Program-made: the position numbers and the translations under genes | Notes under the pieces: model-generated | The model's input: the letters and a program-made list of their open reading frames with translations, nothing else | Told to the model about the DNA's origin: nothing | Databases searched by the model: none | Assembly (NCBI GenBank): GCA_002269645.1 | Contig: NIVC01001153.1 | Span: 62,001 to 126,000 of the forward strand | Source of the DNA: Macrostomum lignano | Taxonomy: Eukaryota | Direction: 5' to 3' | Length of the DNA: 64,000 bases | Shown here: positions 13,739 through 26,283 of the stretch, piece by piece | Numbering within the stretch: position 1 is the stretch's first letter | Layout: every line of letters begins with the position of its first letter

Positions 13739-16700
13739 TCAATTGTTGTCAAGGCAAACAATCAAGTCGTTGGGAAGAAGCGGCATGCAGAGACGGTTGG
13801 CCAGGTGAGCAGCAGCGGCGGTGGCGTCTTCGGTTTGATAGACCACAGACGGGTGGCCCAGCTGGGGCAGCAGGCCCGCGGTATCTGGTGGCATCGACTC
13901 GCTGAAATGGGTTGAAGTTCAGGTTTATTACAGTTTTTGTCAATCCGAAGATTCGGGCCAGATGGGGATGACCTGCTGAGAATCTCATATGAGACATGCT
14001 GATGGAGAGACAGAATCTCATGGGAGATTATGCTGATGGAGTGAGAATTTCATGGGATATAATATTGATGGAGTGAGAATCTTCAGGGATATAATGTTAA
14101 TGGAGTGAGAATCTCATATGAGACATGCTGATGGAGTGAGAATCTTATGTGATATAATGTTAATGGAGTGAGAATCTCATATGAGACATGCTGATGGAGT
14201 GAGAATCTCATGGGATATAATGTTAATGGAGTGAGAATCTCATATGAGACATGCTGATGGAGTGAGAATCTCATGGGATACAATGTTGATGGAGTGAGAA
14301 TCTCATAGGAGATGATGTTGATGATTGAGAATCTCATGGGAGATGATATTGATGGACTGAGAATCTTATGGGACCTCAGAATTTCAGAAAATAGAGACAA
14401 GCGCAGGTACAGTACTCTCAAGTGGTGAGGGTGACGGAACAAGAGTCCACATAAATCCATATTCCATCATACTCATAGAAAGGCAATTCGCTAAAAATAT
14501 CCTACTTTAAGTAGTTTCTCAAGCCGAGCGACACCAGGTTTCCTTCCAGAATGAAAACTAAATAGTTTCCAGGAATCAGCTCGTTCCGATTCTGTAGAAA
14601 AATGTACAATTATGTAAACATAAACAAGCTGCATCATACATGATACATGAATATCAGAGGCGCCAGCACCAGAGGCGCCAGCACCAGAGGCGCCAGCACC
14701 AGAGGCGCCAGCACCAGAGGCGCCAGCACCAGAGGCGCCAGCACCAGAGGCGCCAGCACCAGAGGCGCCAGCACCAGAGGCGCCAGCACCAGAGGCGCCA
14801 GCACCAGAGGCGCCAGCACCAGAGGCGCCAGCACCAGAGGCGCCAGCACCAGAGGCGCCAGCACCAGAGGCGCCAGCACCAGAGGCGCCAGCACCAGAGG
14901 CGCCAGCACCAGAGGCGCCAGCACCAGAGGCGCCAGCACCAGAGGCGCCAGCACCAGAGGCGCCAGCACCAGAGGCGCCAGCACCAGAGGCGCCAGCACC
15001 AGAGGCGCCAGCACCAGAGGCGCCAGCACCAGAGGCGCCAGCACCAGAGGCGCCAGCACCAGAGGCGCCAGCACCAGAGGCGCCAGCACCAGAGGCGCCA
15101 GCACCAGAGGCGCCAGCACCAGAGGCGCCAGCACCAGAGGCGCCAGCACCAGAGGCGCCAGCACCAGAGGCGCCAGCACCAGAGGCGCCAGCACCAGAGG
15201 CGCCAGCACCAGAGGCGCCAGCACCAGAGGCGCCAGCACCAGAGGCGCCAGCACCAGAGGCGCCAGCACCAGAGGCGCCAGCACCAGAGGCGCCAGCACC
15301 AGAGGCGCCAGCACCAGAGGCGCCAGCACCAGAGGCGCCAGCACCAGAGGCGCCAGCACCAGAGGCGCCAGCACCAGAGGCGCCAGCACCAGAGGCGCCA
15401 GCACCAGAGGCGCCAGCACCAGAGGCGCCAGCACCAGAGGCGCCAGCACCAGAGGCGCCAGCACCAGAGGCGCCAGCACCAGAGGCGCCAGCACCAGAGG
15501 CGCCAGCACCAGAGGCGCCAGCACCAGAGGCGCCAGCACCAAATCATACGAATACAGAGATTCTAAGAATCATACGTGACTCATTGCCAATCACCAGTGT
15601 TCTCACATTCAGCACAGCGTCCACCTGCCGCCGTTGGCTCCCGCCGTCTCTGCTCAGGCCATCGTGCCCAGCTGCTTCCAGACGGTGCAGTCGAAGGTCG
15701 CGACCGAGGCTGGCGCACTGCCCGGGTGTTGCGGCTTCAAGGCGGAGGCTCCGCAAGCCGATTAGTCGGACGCCTCGACGGTGCAGCAGGTCGCAGAGGC
15801 GGGCCAGCAGAGGCAGCGCATCAGCGGCTGGCAGGCGCCACAACAAGCCGGTGCAGTCGCCAGCGGCGGTGGCTGTCGAAGGCGGCGACGGGTTGGCAGC
15901 GTATCTGCTGGCCGCTGCCGATTGCTGCTGCTGAGATGCTGCGAGGAGCTCGAAATCGGTCGCGATCTTCAAAGCGGTGTTTCGAGTTTTCGTAATTTTT
16001 TGAGGATCAAACTACCAGCTTGTGTATCTGAAATTTGGATCTTTCTAACTTTGATTAGGAGCCCCTCTCTCCACGTTTCTTCAAATACGTTAAGGTGCCT
16101 TTAGGGGATAAACCTTCCTCACCTGTTTCTCCCCAAGTACTTTTGAGGACTGCTCCTCTTAACCTGCTTTTCCCCAGGTACTTTTGAGGAGTGCTCCTCT
16201 TTTACCTGTTCTCCCCAGGTACTTTGAGGAGTGCTTTTCTTTATACCTGTTTTCCCCAGGTACTTTGAGGAGTGCTTTTCTTTATACCTGTTCTCCCCAG
16301 GTACTTTTGAGGAGTGCTCCTTTTTACCTGTTCTCCCCAGGTACTTTCGAGGAGTTCTCTTCTTTACCTGTTCTCCCCAGGTACTTTTGAGGAGTCCTCC
16401 CTCCAATAATAATAAAATAACTGCTTACACCTGCCCTAATGGGCACATGTGCAACCGACAGCTCAGCCGCAGCTATTGCGCGGCGTATCTGAAGGCTGCG
16501 TACGGCTGTTCAGTCCAAGGACTGGGGGTCGCCACCCACACCTTCAATTACCCCAGCTAATGCTGGCACCCATTTTACAGCTGGGTGAACTGAAGCAATG
16601 CAGAGTTAAGTGTCTTGCTCAAGGATACAAATTATTATCCGAGTGGGATTCGGGAATCGAACTTCTCCAAAAACGTAACATCTCTATCTGCTCCTCACCA

Positions 16701-19700
16701 ATCGATCGATGCCCAGTCTCTTTTCGACATCGTTCACTTCTTGCCAGTTTGTCGGCATAGCAACGGCAACCCTCGCTGGCAGAACTTCGACCAAAGCCGA
16801 TCGTCGGCACATCAAGGCCGACACCGAGTTTTCTCGCTGCAGCCGAACAGCGCATTGAAACTCGTCAGTGTCGAGCTGACGCACCAGGCCTAGCCAGTCG
16901 AGTTCGAAAGCGTCCCTAGCAACCAGCCGAGCGGCCCTAGCAACAGCTCGCAGGTGCCAACGTTGATCGTCATTGCTTGCGCCTTTACCACTGCTACTAT
17001 TACTGAGAAGTAGGTAGCTGTGAGTCACCACTCGATCGGGGCCGGGATGTCTGAGCTGGGCGAGGACGGTGGCCGCTTCGGCTGAGGCACCTGAGGCCTC
17101 CGGCGGCGGGCAGGTCAGCAGACAGGGCCGGCGCTCCGAGCATTCGAACAGTTCGAAGTCGGCGAATAAGTTGCGAGTGAGGCTGCGGGTGAAGGACATT
17201 GTAGATTGATTGACAGGTTGCGCATGATTTTCCAGGAGTCACTATTCTAGTTGCTTAAAGTCTTTCCCTGACAACCCTGATTCTTCTGACACCCTGGATG
17301 CTGACACTCCTGACACTCCTGACACTCCTGACAACCTGACACTCCAGACAACCTGACACTCCTGACAATCTGACACTTCTGACACTCCTGACACTCCTGA
17401 CAACCTGACACTCCTGACAACCTAACACCCCTGACAACCTGACACCCCTGACAACCTGACACCCCTGACAACCTGACACCCCTGACAACCTGATACCCCA
17501 GTCATCCTAAAAAAGTAATCCTAAAATTTCAAGTCTACAACTCGCAGTTTCAGTATCTTTACTATGAGTAACATATTAAAAAAATACGTTTAAAATTTAA
17601 TTTATCTACTTTATTGAAATTACTTTACTAACAGTAGGTGGTAACAGTTGAAATATTACAATATGCACTCACCAGTAGGCCTGATGCCAGGAGATGCTGT
17701 GCAACAGTCGATAGTCGCTGCAAGCTGGATAGTGCGGCGCAATAGCGTCGAGTTGGTGCATCAACCCGACGCCTCTGATGACGAATGTCAGAGCTGGCAG
17801 CTCCATCAACGGCTTGGCTGCTCGCCATTCGCTGCCGCCGCCACTTCCGCCTAGCAACTGCTCGGCAACGAAATGAGCGTGCAGCTGCGGAAACCGAGGC
17901 AGGCACTTCAAGCCGAGCAGCTCGAATTCGGCCAGCTGATCCAACAGTTCGGCGGCGATGGCTTGGAAATTCCGGCCGGAGACGATGAGAACGGCGAGCT
18001 GCTCCTGGTCTGCGTAGCGGGGCTCGTCAGGTCGGTGAGCGTCCGATTTTAGCTTGGGTAGCTGAGGGGTGTGGCGGATTGGTGACTGTGGGCTCCAGTG
18101 ACCTGCTGCTTTGATGAGGCGCTATTGTCTTCTTTTGTTCCATAATTGATGAAGCGCCATTCCCTCTGATCCCCATTTGATGAGGCGCCATTCTCTTTGT
18201 TCCTCATTTGATGAGGCCCATCCCCTCTGCTCCCCAACTGATGAGGCACCACCCCCTCTGTTCCCCATTTAATGAGGCGCTACTGTCTCCTCTGTTCCCC
18301 AATTAATGAGGCGCCATCCACTCTGTTCCCCAATTGACGAGGCGCCATTGTCTCCTCTGTTCCCCAATTGATGAGGCGCCATCCCCTCTGTTCCCCATTT
18401 GATGAGGCGCCATTGTCTCCTCTGTTCCCCAATGAGGCGCCATCCCCTCTGTTCCCCATTTGATGAGGCGCCATTGTCTCCTCTGTTCCCCAATGAGGCG
18501 CCATCCCCTCTGTTCCCCATTTGATGAGGCGCCATTGTCTCCTCTGTTTCCCAATTGATAAGGCGCCATTGTCCCCTCTGTTCCCCATTTGATGAGGCGC
18601 CATTGTCTCCTCTGTTTCCCAATTGATGAGGCACCATCCCCTCTGTTCCCCATTTGATGAGGCGCCATTGTCCCCTCTGTTCCCCATTTGATGAGGCGCC
18701 ATTGTCCCCTCTGTTCCCCATTTGATGAGGCGCCATTGTCTCCTCTGTTCCCCAATTGACGAGGCGCCATTGTCTCCTCTGTTTCCCAATTGATGAGGCA
18801 CCATCCCCTCTGTTCCCCATTTGATGAGGCGCCATTGTCTCCTCTGTTTCCCAATTGATGAGGCACCATCCACTCTGTTCCCCATTTGATGAGGCGCCAT
18901 TGTCTCCTCTGTTTTTTAATTGATAAGGCGCCATTGTCCCCTCTGTTCCCCATTTGATGAGGCGCCATTGTCTCCTCTGTTTCCCAATTGATGAGGCACC
19001 ATCCCCTCTGTTCCCCATTTGATGAGGCGCCATTGTCCCCTCTGTTCCCCATTTGATGAGGCGCCATTGTCCCCTCTGTTCCCCATTTGATGAGGCGCCA
19101 TTGTCTCCTCTGTTCCCCAATTGACGAGGCGCCATTGTCTCCTCTGTTTCCCAATTGATGAGGCACCATCCCCTCTGTTCCCCATTTGATGAGGCGCCAT
19201 TGTCTCCTCTGTTTCCCAATTGATGAGGCACCATCCACTCTGTTCCCCATTTGATGAGGCGCCATTGTCTCCTCTGTTTTTTAATTGATGAGGCGCCATT
19301 GTTTCCTCTGTTCCCAATTTCATGAAGCGCCATTCCTTTCTGTTCTCCATTTGATGAGGCGCCATTACTCTCCAGCTGTTCCTCATTCGATGAGGCGCTC
19401 TGAGGCAACTCACCGAGTCAATTCTCGTACAGTGAACAGTTTGCAGCACAGCTGACAAGCACGGCATGGCAAAGAAAAGCAGCGACGCTGGGACGCCTGT
19501 AAATCGGAATATTTTATTTAAAACTGTATTTCAGCTTTGCAATTCATGTCAGACTACTCACTAGTAAACTAAGAAGTGTCAAGTTTCTGTCTTGACACTT
19601 CTCTCTGTTTCTACCTGTCAACTGTCTTTGACAGTTTTCCTCGAATAAGGTGATTTATAAAATCTCATCGAGAAATGCTTCTAAGAAAATGTGATTATTG

Positions 19701-22700
19701 GCCGCCCCAAAGGGGGGCACTAAATTGCTAGTCCATATGCTAAAAATGGCTTGTGGTCAAAAGTTAATCAGAAAAATTATTTTCATCGATCTTCAATGGG
19801 TAGAGCAGCACTGAGCATTATTTAATACTTCAAGTCCTACTTGACAATAGTCTTGATTTCTTCTCACCCAGCTCTCTTCTTGACTTGATCTCCTTCACCA
19901 CATTCTGGATGAAGGCGCCGGCGTGATGCAGCGCGTTTTCGCGTCTGAGAAGCAGAACGCAGGCGACTCCGTTTGAGAAGCAGGCGGCTTGGCTGTCAGC
20001 CATGCCTAACAGATTGGCCAGCTCGTCTCGGTGCAGCTGCACTCTTCGACAGCCAATCAGAGCGAAGCCGCTCTCGCTGGCTAGATGAATCACCTGAGAA
20101 TGGTTTTATATTGACAGGTAAACCTTTAACAGGTAGGGGACTTCTGACAGGCTAAACTCTTCTGACAGGTTAAACTCTTCTGACAGGTTCAACTTCTGAC
20201 AGGTTCAACTTCTGATAGGTTAAACTTCTGACAGGTTTAACTTCTGACAGGTTTAACTTCTGACAGGTTCAACTTCTGACAGGTTCAACTTCTGATAGGT
20301 TCAACTTCTGACAGGTTTAACTTCTGACAGGTTCAACTTCTGACAGGTTCAACTTCTGATAGGTTCAACTTCTGATAGGTTAAACTTCTTACAGGTTAAT
20401 TTCTGACAGGTCAACTTCTGACAGATTCAACTTCTGACAGGTTAAACTTCCGACAAATGAACCTGTTTTGTATAGAAAACTTAAACGGCCATTCAGCAGC
20501 CAAGCAACTGCTCACCCAGCCGATCTCAGTGACCAGAGGCGAGGCCAACATCGCCACGTCCTCCAAGGGCGCCGCAGTCAGCAATCTGGCTACGCAGCTT
20601 AAATCCTCGCGGTCGGGGGCCAGGGCTCGAACCTGCGACTGAGTCATCTTTGGCGACAGGCGGCCACCGAAGTAGCGGGCCAGCTCTCTGTCAGGGAGAG
20701 AAAGAACTCCATCAGTTTAACTTGGCGCACTTAGCAACAAACCTATACTTGATTTACCTTCCCCATAGCAACAAACCCATTCTTAATTTATATTCCCCAT
20801 AGCAACAAACCCATGCTTAATATATAAAATGGTATTATAATATTAATATATAAGTGCTTACATTCCCCATAGCAACAAACCCCTGCTTAATCTACCTTCC
20901 CATGGCAAACAAACCCAATGCTTAATTTACCTTTCCCATAGCAACAAACCCATACTCAATAACCTTTCTCATAGTAACAAACCCATACTCAATCTATATT
21001 CCCCATAGCAACAAACCCATATTCAATATATTCCCCATGGAAACAAACCCATACTCAATCTATATTTCCCCATAGCAACAAACCCGTACTCAACTCGCCT
21101 TTTCAGTAACAAAATCCTAAACTCGGTTTAACTTCCCCATAGCAACAATGATTTTAATTAACTACCTGGGCACACTCTCCGCATAGCGACTAACCGCCCA
21201 GCCGTCGCGCCGGCCTTCAAACACGCCGCCGGAAGCGGCAACCGATCGCATGGCCGTCACGGCCCCGCAGCCGCGCACAGCGATGGCCAGTGTGGCCGCC
21301 TGCGATTTCGCCGCCGAATAAATCATTCGAACTCCGGCCAAGTCGCAGCCAGCCGATGCCACAGACCGCAGCAGGCGGAGCATCCTCGCCGGCTGAGCAG
21401 CCGCCAGATCCCTGTCAAGCTCCAGCACGGAGGCCTCCATAGGCAGAGAGCAGGGTGGCCAGTGCTCCACCAGACCGGACGGCTCTCGTCTCAACGGACA
21501 CCAGAACATCGAGACTCGGTCGCTGGCCAAGGATCGACCGTCCATCGATCGACTCAAGCTGAGCAGAGTCGATAGCGGATGCCTACTCACGAATAGGTCG
21601 TTAAATTCGGCATTGAACCAAGCTGAGCAGGCTTGATGAAGATTCGTATCGGACAGGTAGCGATGCAGCGGCATGTCCCTGTTGGCGTGGGCGGCAACTT
21701 GCAATCGGAGCTGGCCGCTGCCGCAGTCCGCTAGCTGGCGAAGTCCGAGGATGTGCAGTGGATCGGTTGGTTTGGGCTGAGCAGCTGACAGGCTGAGTAG
21801 CCAGACTAGCAGGCAGTGGTAGCTGGCATCGCGAGCTGTGTCAACAACGTCCAGAGGCTGACCGTTGACTCCCAGAAGCTGACCGCATGGACTTAGCCGG
21901 GCTTCTAGGAGCAGCAGATTCTCCGACTGGCGGCAGGACGGGTCAAGAGGCTCGGGAGCCGGCTCGGTAAAGCTGACGTCATCATGAGCGACCGGTTCGA
22001 GGCCGACCGCTACGAGATTCGGCGCCAGGTCTCGGAGAGCGAGCAGCAGCGATCGGCGGCGTGACAGCTCCGCTTCCCGCTGGCGCCTTTGGGGGAGAAT
22101 TTGTGGGTGTTGGCGAACTGCTTCTTTTAAGACTTTTAGATGCTTTTAGAGAGATTATGCAGTCGAATCTGTGGGGCTGATTGTCACTCCAATAGTTAGT
22201 ATTAATGGGGTTGATTGTCGCTTCAATAGACAGTGGAAATGCGGTTGACTGTCGCTTCAATAGACAGTGGAAATGGGGTTGATTGTCGCTTCAATAGACA
22301 GTGGAAGTGGGGTTGATTGTCGCTTCAATAGACCGTGGAAATGGGGTTGATCGTTGCTTCAATAGACAGTGGAAATGGGGTTGATTGTCGCTTCAATAGA
22401 CCGTGGAAATGGGGTTGATTGTCGCTTCAATAGACCGTGGAAATGGGGTTGATTGTCGCTTCAATAGACCGTGGAAATGGGGTTGATTGTCGCTTCAATA
22501 GACCGTGGAAATGGGGTTGATTGTCGCTTCAATAGACAGTGGAAATGGGGTTGATTGTCACTTCAATAGACAGTGGAAATGCGGTTGACTGTCGCTTCAA
22601 TAGACAGTGGAAATGGGGTTGATTGTCGCTTCAAAAGACAGTGGAAATGGGGTTGATTGTCGCTTCAATAGACCGTGGAAATGGGGTTGATTGTCGCTTA

Positions 22701-25700
22701 AATAGACAGTGGAAATGGGGTTGATTGTCGCTTCAATAGACAGTGGAAATGGGGTTGATTGTCGCTTCAATAGACAGTGGAAATGGGGTTGATTGTCGCT
22801 TCAATAGACAGTGGAAATGGGGTTGACTGTCGCTTCAATAGACAGTGGAAATGGGGTTGATCGTTGCTTCAATAGACAGTGGAAGTGGGGTTGATCGTTG
22901 CTTCAATAGACAGTGGAAATGGGATTGACTGTCGCTTCAATAGACAGTGGAAATGGGGTTGATCGTTGCTTCAATAGACAGTGGAAGTGGGGTTGATCGT
23001 TGCTTCAATAGACAGTGGAAATGGGATTGACTGTCGCTTCAATAGACAGTGGAAATGGGGTTGACTGTCGCTTCAATAGACAGTGGAAATGGGATTGACT
23101 GTCGCTTCAATAGACAGTGGAAATGGGGTTGACTGTCGCTTCAATAGACAGTGGAAATGGGGTTGATCGTTGCTTCAATAGACAGTGGAAATGTCGCCAC
23201 CACACACTGAAAATATTCCTTCAACAAAGCAGTTTTTTACTCACATTGCTTGCAATTTTTTCTCCAAATCAGCAGCTGGCGAAAGAGTTTGCGGCGCAGC
23301 CATGCTAACATTTTCTGGTTTCAACGCCGAGTTTGCTGCTGAATCATCAGACAGTTTATGCTGTCCGGTCGATGCCGTCTTTGACAGGCCATTCTCTTTT
23401 GGCTGTGAGTCTTTGTCAGAGGCCGCGTCACCGCCAGCAACGGGTGAAGTCTTTGTCCCAGCGAAGGCTGTTGTCGAGACTTTTTGAGCTGGCGGACGCT
23501 TCGAGTTGGCGTGGGAATTGGCTGGCCTAAATTTTGGGAGAATTTTTGTTTGGGGGGTTGCTAAGGCGGCTGAGGGGACCGATTGCAAGGCAACACACCA
23601 GCCACTAACCATCCAGCCTGTTTAGCCCGTCGATACGAGTCCAGCCAGAGACCTCCCGCTGCGCTATCGTCCTCATCCTCCGAGCTGCTCTCTCGATGAT
23701 TGTCTCCAACCGCCGTGGCGTCAGCCTTCGCCTCCGACGAGTCCAACAGCGTCGGGCCAAACCGCAGCAGGTCGGACATCTGCAGCGATGCAGCTTGGCT
23801 GTGTCGAAGGTCAACTCGAACTGTTTGTCGTTTAGCAGACGCTTCCATAGCTTGCAGTGCCCGATCAGTGAGCGAGTCCGCGTATGCTGCCGCACCGCTG
23901 CTACTGTTAGTAGTGCTAGTAGCCACTGCTGTGCTTGTTGATGCTGGGCTGCGGCTGGCTGGCGGAGCCGGTTGCGGTTTCGGCTGTCTGGAACCGCTGA
24001 ACATCAGGCTGTGCTGGCTCAACTGACGGAGCAGCTCGTCGTTGCGGGCTGCATCTGTCGGGAATGCGGACAAATCGCTAGAGCTGACAGACACTACAGC
24101 TGACAGACACTTCAGCTGACAGATACTACAGCTGACAGACACTACAGCTGACAGACACTACAGCTGACAGACACTACAGCTGACAGATACTACAGCTGAC
24201 AGACACTACAGCTGACAGATACTACAGCTGACAGACACTACAGCTGACAGACACTTCAGCTGACAGACACTACAGCTGACAGATACTACAGCTGACAGAC
24301 ACTACAGCTGACAGACACTACAGCCGACAGACACTACAGCTGACAGACACTACAGCTGACAGATACTACAGCCGACAGACACTACAGCTGACAGACACTA
24401 CAGCTGACAGACACTACAGCTGACAGACACTACAGCTGACAGACACTTCAGCTGACAGACACTACAGCTGACAGACACTACAGCTGACAGACACTACAGC
24501 TGACAGACACTACAGCTGACAGACACTACAGCTGACAGACACTACAGCTGACAGACACTACAGCTGACAGACACTTCAGCTGACAGACACTACAGCTGAC
24601 AGACACTACAGCTGACAGACACTACAGCTGACAGACACTACAGCTGACAGACACTACAGCTGACAGACACTACAGCTGACAGACACTACAGCTGACAAAC
24701 AGACAGTTGGCAACTCACCAGGCTCAGCCGTCAAGCTGGCGATGTCGATGTCAGCGGGCTCGTCAGGCAGCTGGAGCTGGTCCAGCACTTTCGACAGCTG
24801 CGCATCGGCAACGTCGCCGAGCTTCAAAGGCGCCCAGCTGCCGCCGTGGCTGCGGCCAGCTGAGCTGGCCAACGTCGTGGATTTTTTCACCTCCGTCGAA
24901 GCATTCAGAGCGGGAGCCCCTGGCGAAGCTGCAGCCGTGGAGGTTCCGGCCGAGGCAAACCGTTTTGGCACGGTGCTCTGGTCGGCGTCGCACTGCGTCC
25001 CTGACGACGTGGATTGTGTCGTCGTGGATAAATACGGTTTCTGCATCTCTGCTGAGTCTTCTTTCGCTGACCAAAACCCAGAGGCGATGTCGCGCACCGG
25101 TTCTGGAAAATCGACGGCCATGTCGCTGTTGTCTCCAACTTCAGCTTCATCCTGCCAGTCCAGCGAGTTGGAGTCCTGAAAAAAAGTATTGAGCACAATA
25201 TTTAATTCAGTCTAACTGTATTGAAAATATACTTTAACAAATCATTTGAGAATCTTACATCCAAAAAGCTGAGGTCGATATCGCCTGACTCTTCATTGCC
25301 CAGGGTTGGCCGGGAAAAAATCTGAATCTGTAGTTATTTAAAATTAAAAATCAAGTACAATACAGTTTACATTTAGGTGATTTTTCGTATGAAGGGAAAT
25401 GAATGTGAAATGAGAATCTATTTGTTGTGAATTATAAGTTCAAAGATCACTTTATAAAACTTTCAAAAAATTGCAAAGTGAATGAAAAGACTGTAGTGGA
25501 ATATAAGGTATAGCTTTTTTATAAAAATTATAACATGTAGACAAACTTTTTGATATGATGATACCATACATGTTTTTAAGTAATTTTGTGGATTCATATA
25601 AATTAAGTACGCCTTAAGTAAGGTAGGGTATTTGGTATTCCTTTACAGATAGGACACCGGGTAAATTATTTTTGTGATATCCTATTATGGTCTAAGGAAA

Positions 25701-25879
25701 ACAGTGCAAATCACACGAAAAGCTGCTACACTTGAAAGAAAATAGTCTTAAATAACTTAAAGTTTGATTCGCTATCTCACATTTGATCCACCTGTGGAAG
25801 ATGTTTCGTCATCGTCATCGTCGCTAAAATGAATTTCTGGTAGCTTAAAGCTTAGTTCATTCTCTTCCTTTGAGTCCAT
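13739..25879 (-). CDS. Multi-exon gene with disordered acidic N-terminus and several degenerate NDK-like modules; DNAAF8/Daap1 (C16orf71)-like
   Basis: Hand-spliced exons: 25879-25781, 25327-25259, 25175-24719, 24054-~23610, ~23560-23245, ~22168-21166, 20687-20516, 20093-19868, 19451-19414, ~18061-17673, 17182-16885, 16011-15607, 14591-14506, 13901-13739. Most junctions are phase-compatible GT-AG. Motifs TVRVDLR, YHCLLVWLLSL, RELARYFGGR, FELLGLKCLP, LLLRRENAL and LFADFELF resemble my recollection of non-mammalian Daap1 and NDK folds. Two junctions (~23600 and ~22150) are unresolved. Confidence 0.6.
13975..14375. repeat. ~42-bp intronic minisatellite (GATGGAGTGAGAATCTCAT...)
   Basis: About 9 degenerate copies in the last intron of the NDK-like gene. 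Confidence 0.9.
14656..15540. repeat. Perfect 15-bp repeat (AGAGGCGCCAGCACC)x59
   Basis: No variant unit seen; intronic. Confidence 0.97.
16119..16400. repeat. ~40-bp intronic minisatellite (TTTACCTGTTCTCCCCAGGTACTTTTGAGGAGTG)
   Basis: About 7 copies. Confidence 0.9.
16405..16715 (-). mobile_element. tRNA-derived CORE-SINE (MIR-core-like)
   Basis: Minus strand: B box GTTCGATTCCC (16651-16661); core CCTTGAGCAAGACACTTAAC...TCAGTTCACCCAGCTGTAAAATGGG (16569-16628); (ATT)n tail near 16405-16420. Confidence 0.7.
17270..17500. repeat. TGACACTCC/TGACAACC short-unit array
   Basis: Mixed 8/9-bp units, intronic. Confidence 0.9.
18140..19400. repeat. ~32-35-bp minisatellite (TTGATGAGGCGCCATTGTCTCCTCTGTTCCCCAT)
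   Basis: About 35 copies, intronic. Confidence 0.95.
20130..20450. repeat. ~15-bp minisatellite (AACTTCTGACAGGTT)
   Basis: About 20 copies, intronic. Confidence 0.9.
20730..21150. repeat. ~34-bp degenerate array carrying TTCCCCATAGCAAC (X-box-like)
   Basis: About 10 copies of CCCATAGCAAC or close variants, intronic. Confidence 0.85.
22205..23190. repeat. 34-bp minisatellite (GTCGCTTCAATAGACAGTGGAAATGGGGTTGATT)
   Basis: About 29 copies, intronic. Confidence 0.95.
24080..24700. repeat. 16-bp minisatellite (CAGCTGACAGACACTA)
   Basis: About 38 copies filling almost the whole intron 24055-24718. Confidence 0.95.
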
Positions 25880-26283
25880 CTTAAGGAAATTGCAAGAAAA
25901 AATAAGAGTAAAATTGTAAAAATCTACTCAGTTTCAGCAGGTCAAATTTGCACACTACGCTGGAATCTAGAGCAGACAAGCGTTTTTAGGAGCAGAATAT
26001 ATTCTTTTTGTTCATTTTGCATAAAAAACATTTTTATTTAAAAATTATATGTAAAATTATAATTATAAAGTTTTTCTGATTCTCATTTCTATTTATTTTG
26101 TTTTAGCCCTTAAGTTCTTAGAAAAAAAGTCCAAAACTTCCACGTGCGAGTTAATGCCCTGGCAATAAGGTTGAGAATAAAGGCGGAAATCCAGACATTT
26201 TAAAAGGCAATCAAACATATTTTTGACCATAAGAAATTTAACTTAACTATTAGTAGTAGCGACAGCGTCAAAATATTAGTTTA
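25880..26283. promoter_or_regulatory. Bidirectional promoter between the NDK-like gene and PWP1
   Basis: Only ~400 bp separate the divergent ATGs; CACGTG E-box at 26141-26146 and X-box-like AATGCCCTGGCAAT at 26153-26166. Confidence 0.55.

Noticed and set aside
14634-15579. ~300-aa ORFs (VLAPL, RRQHQ, RGAST, WCWRL repeats)
   Set aside because: A stop-free 15-mer is open in many frames, and it lies inside an intron.
18269-19467. Long ORFs in the 18-19 kb, 27.8, 29.6-31.3, 36.5-37.8 and 52-53 kb arrays
   Set aside because: Translations of intronic minisatellites with no domain content.
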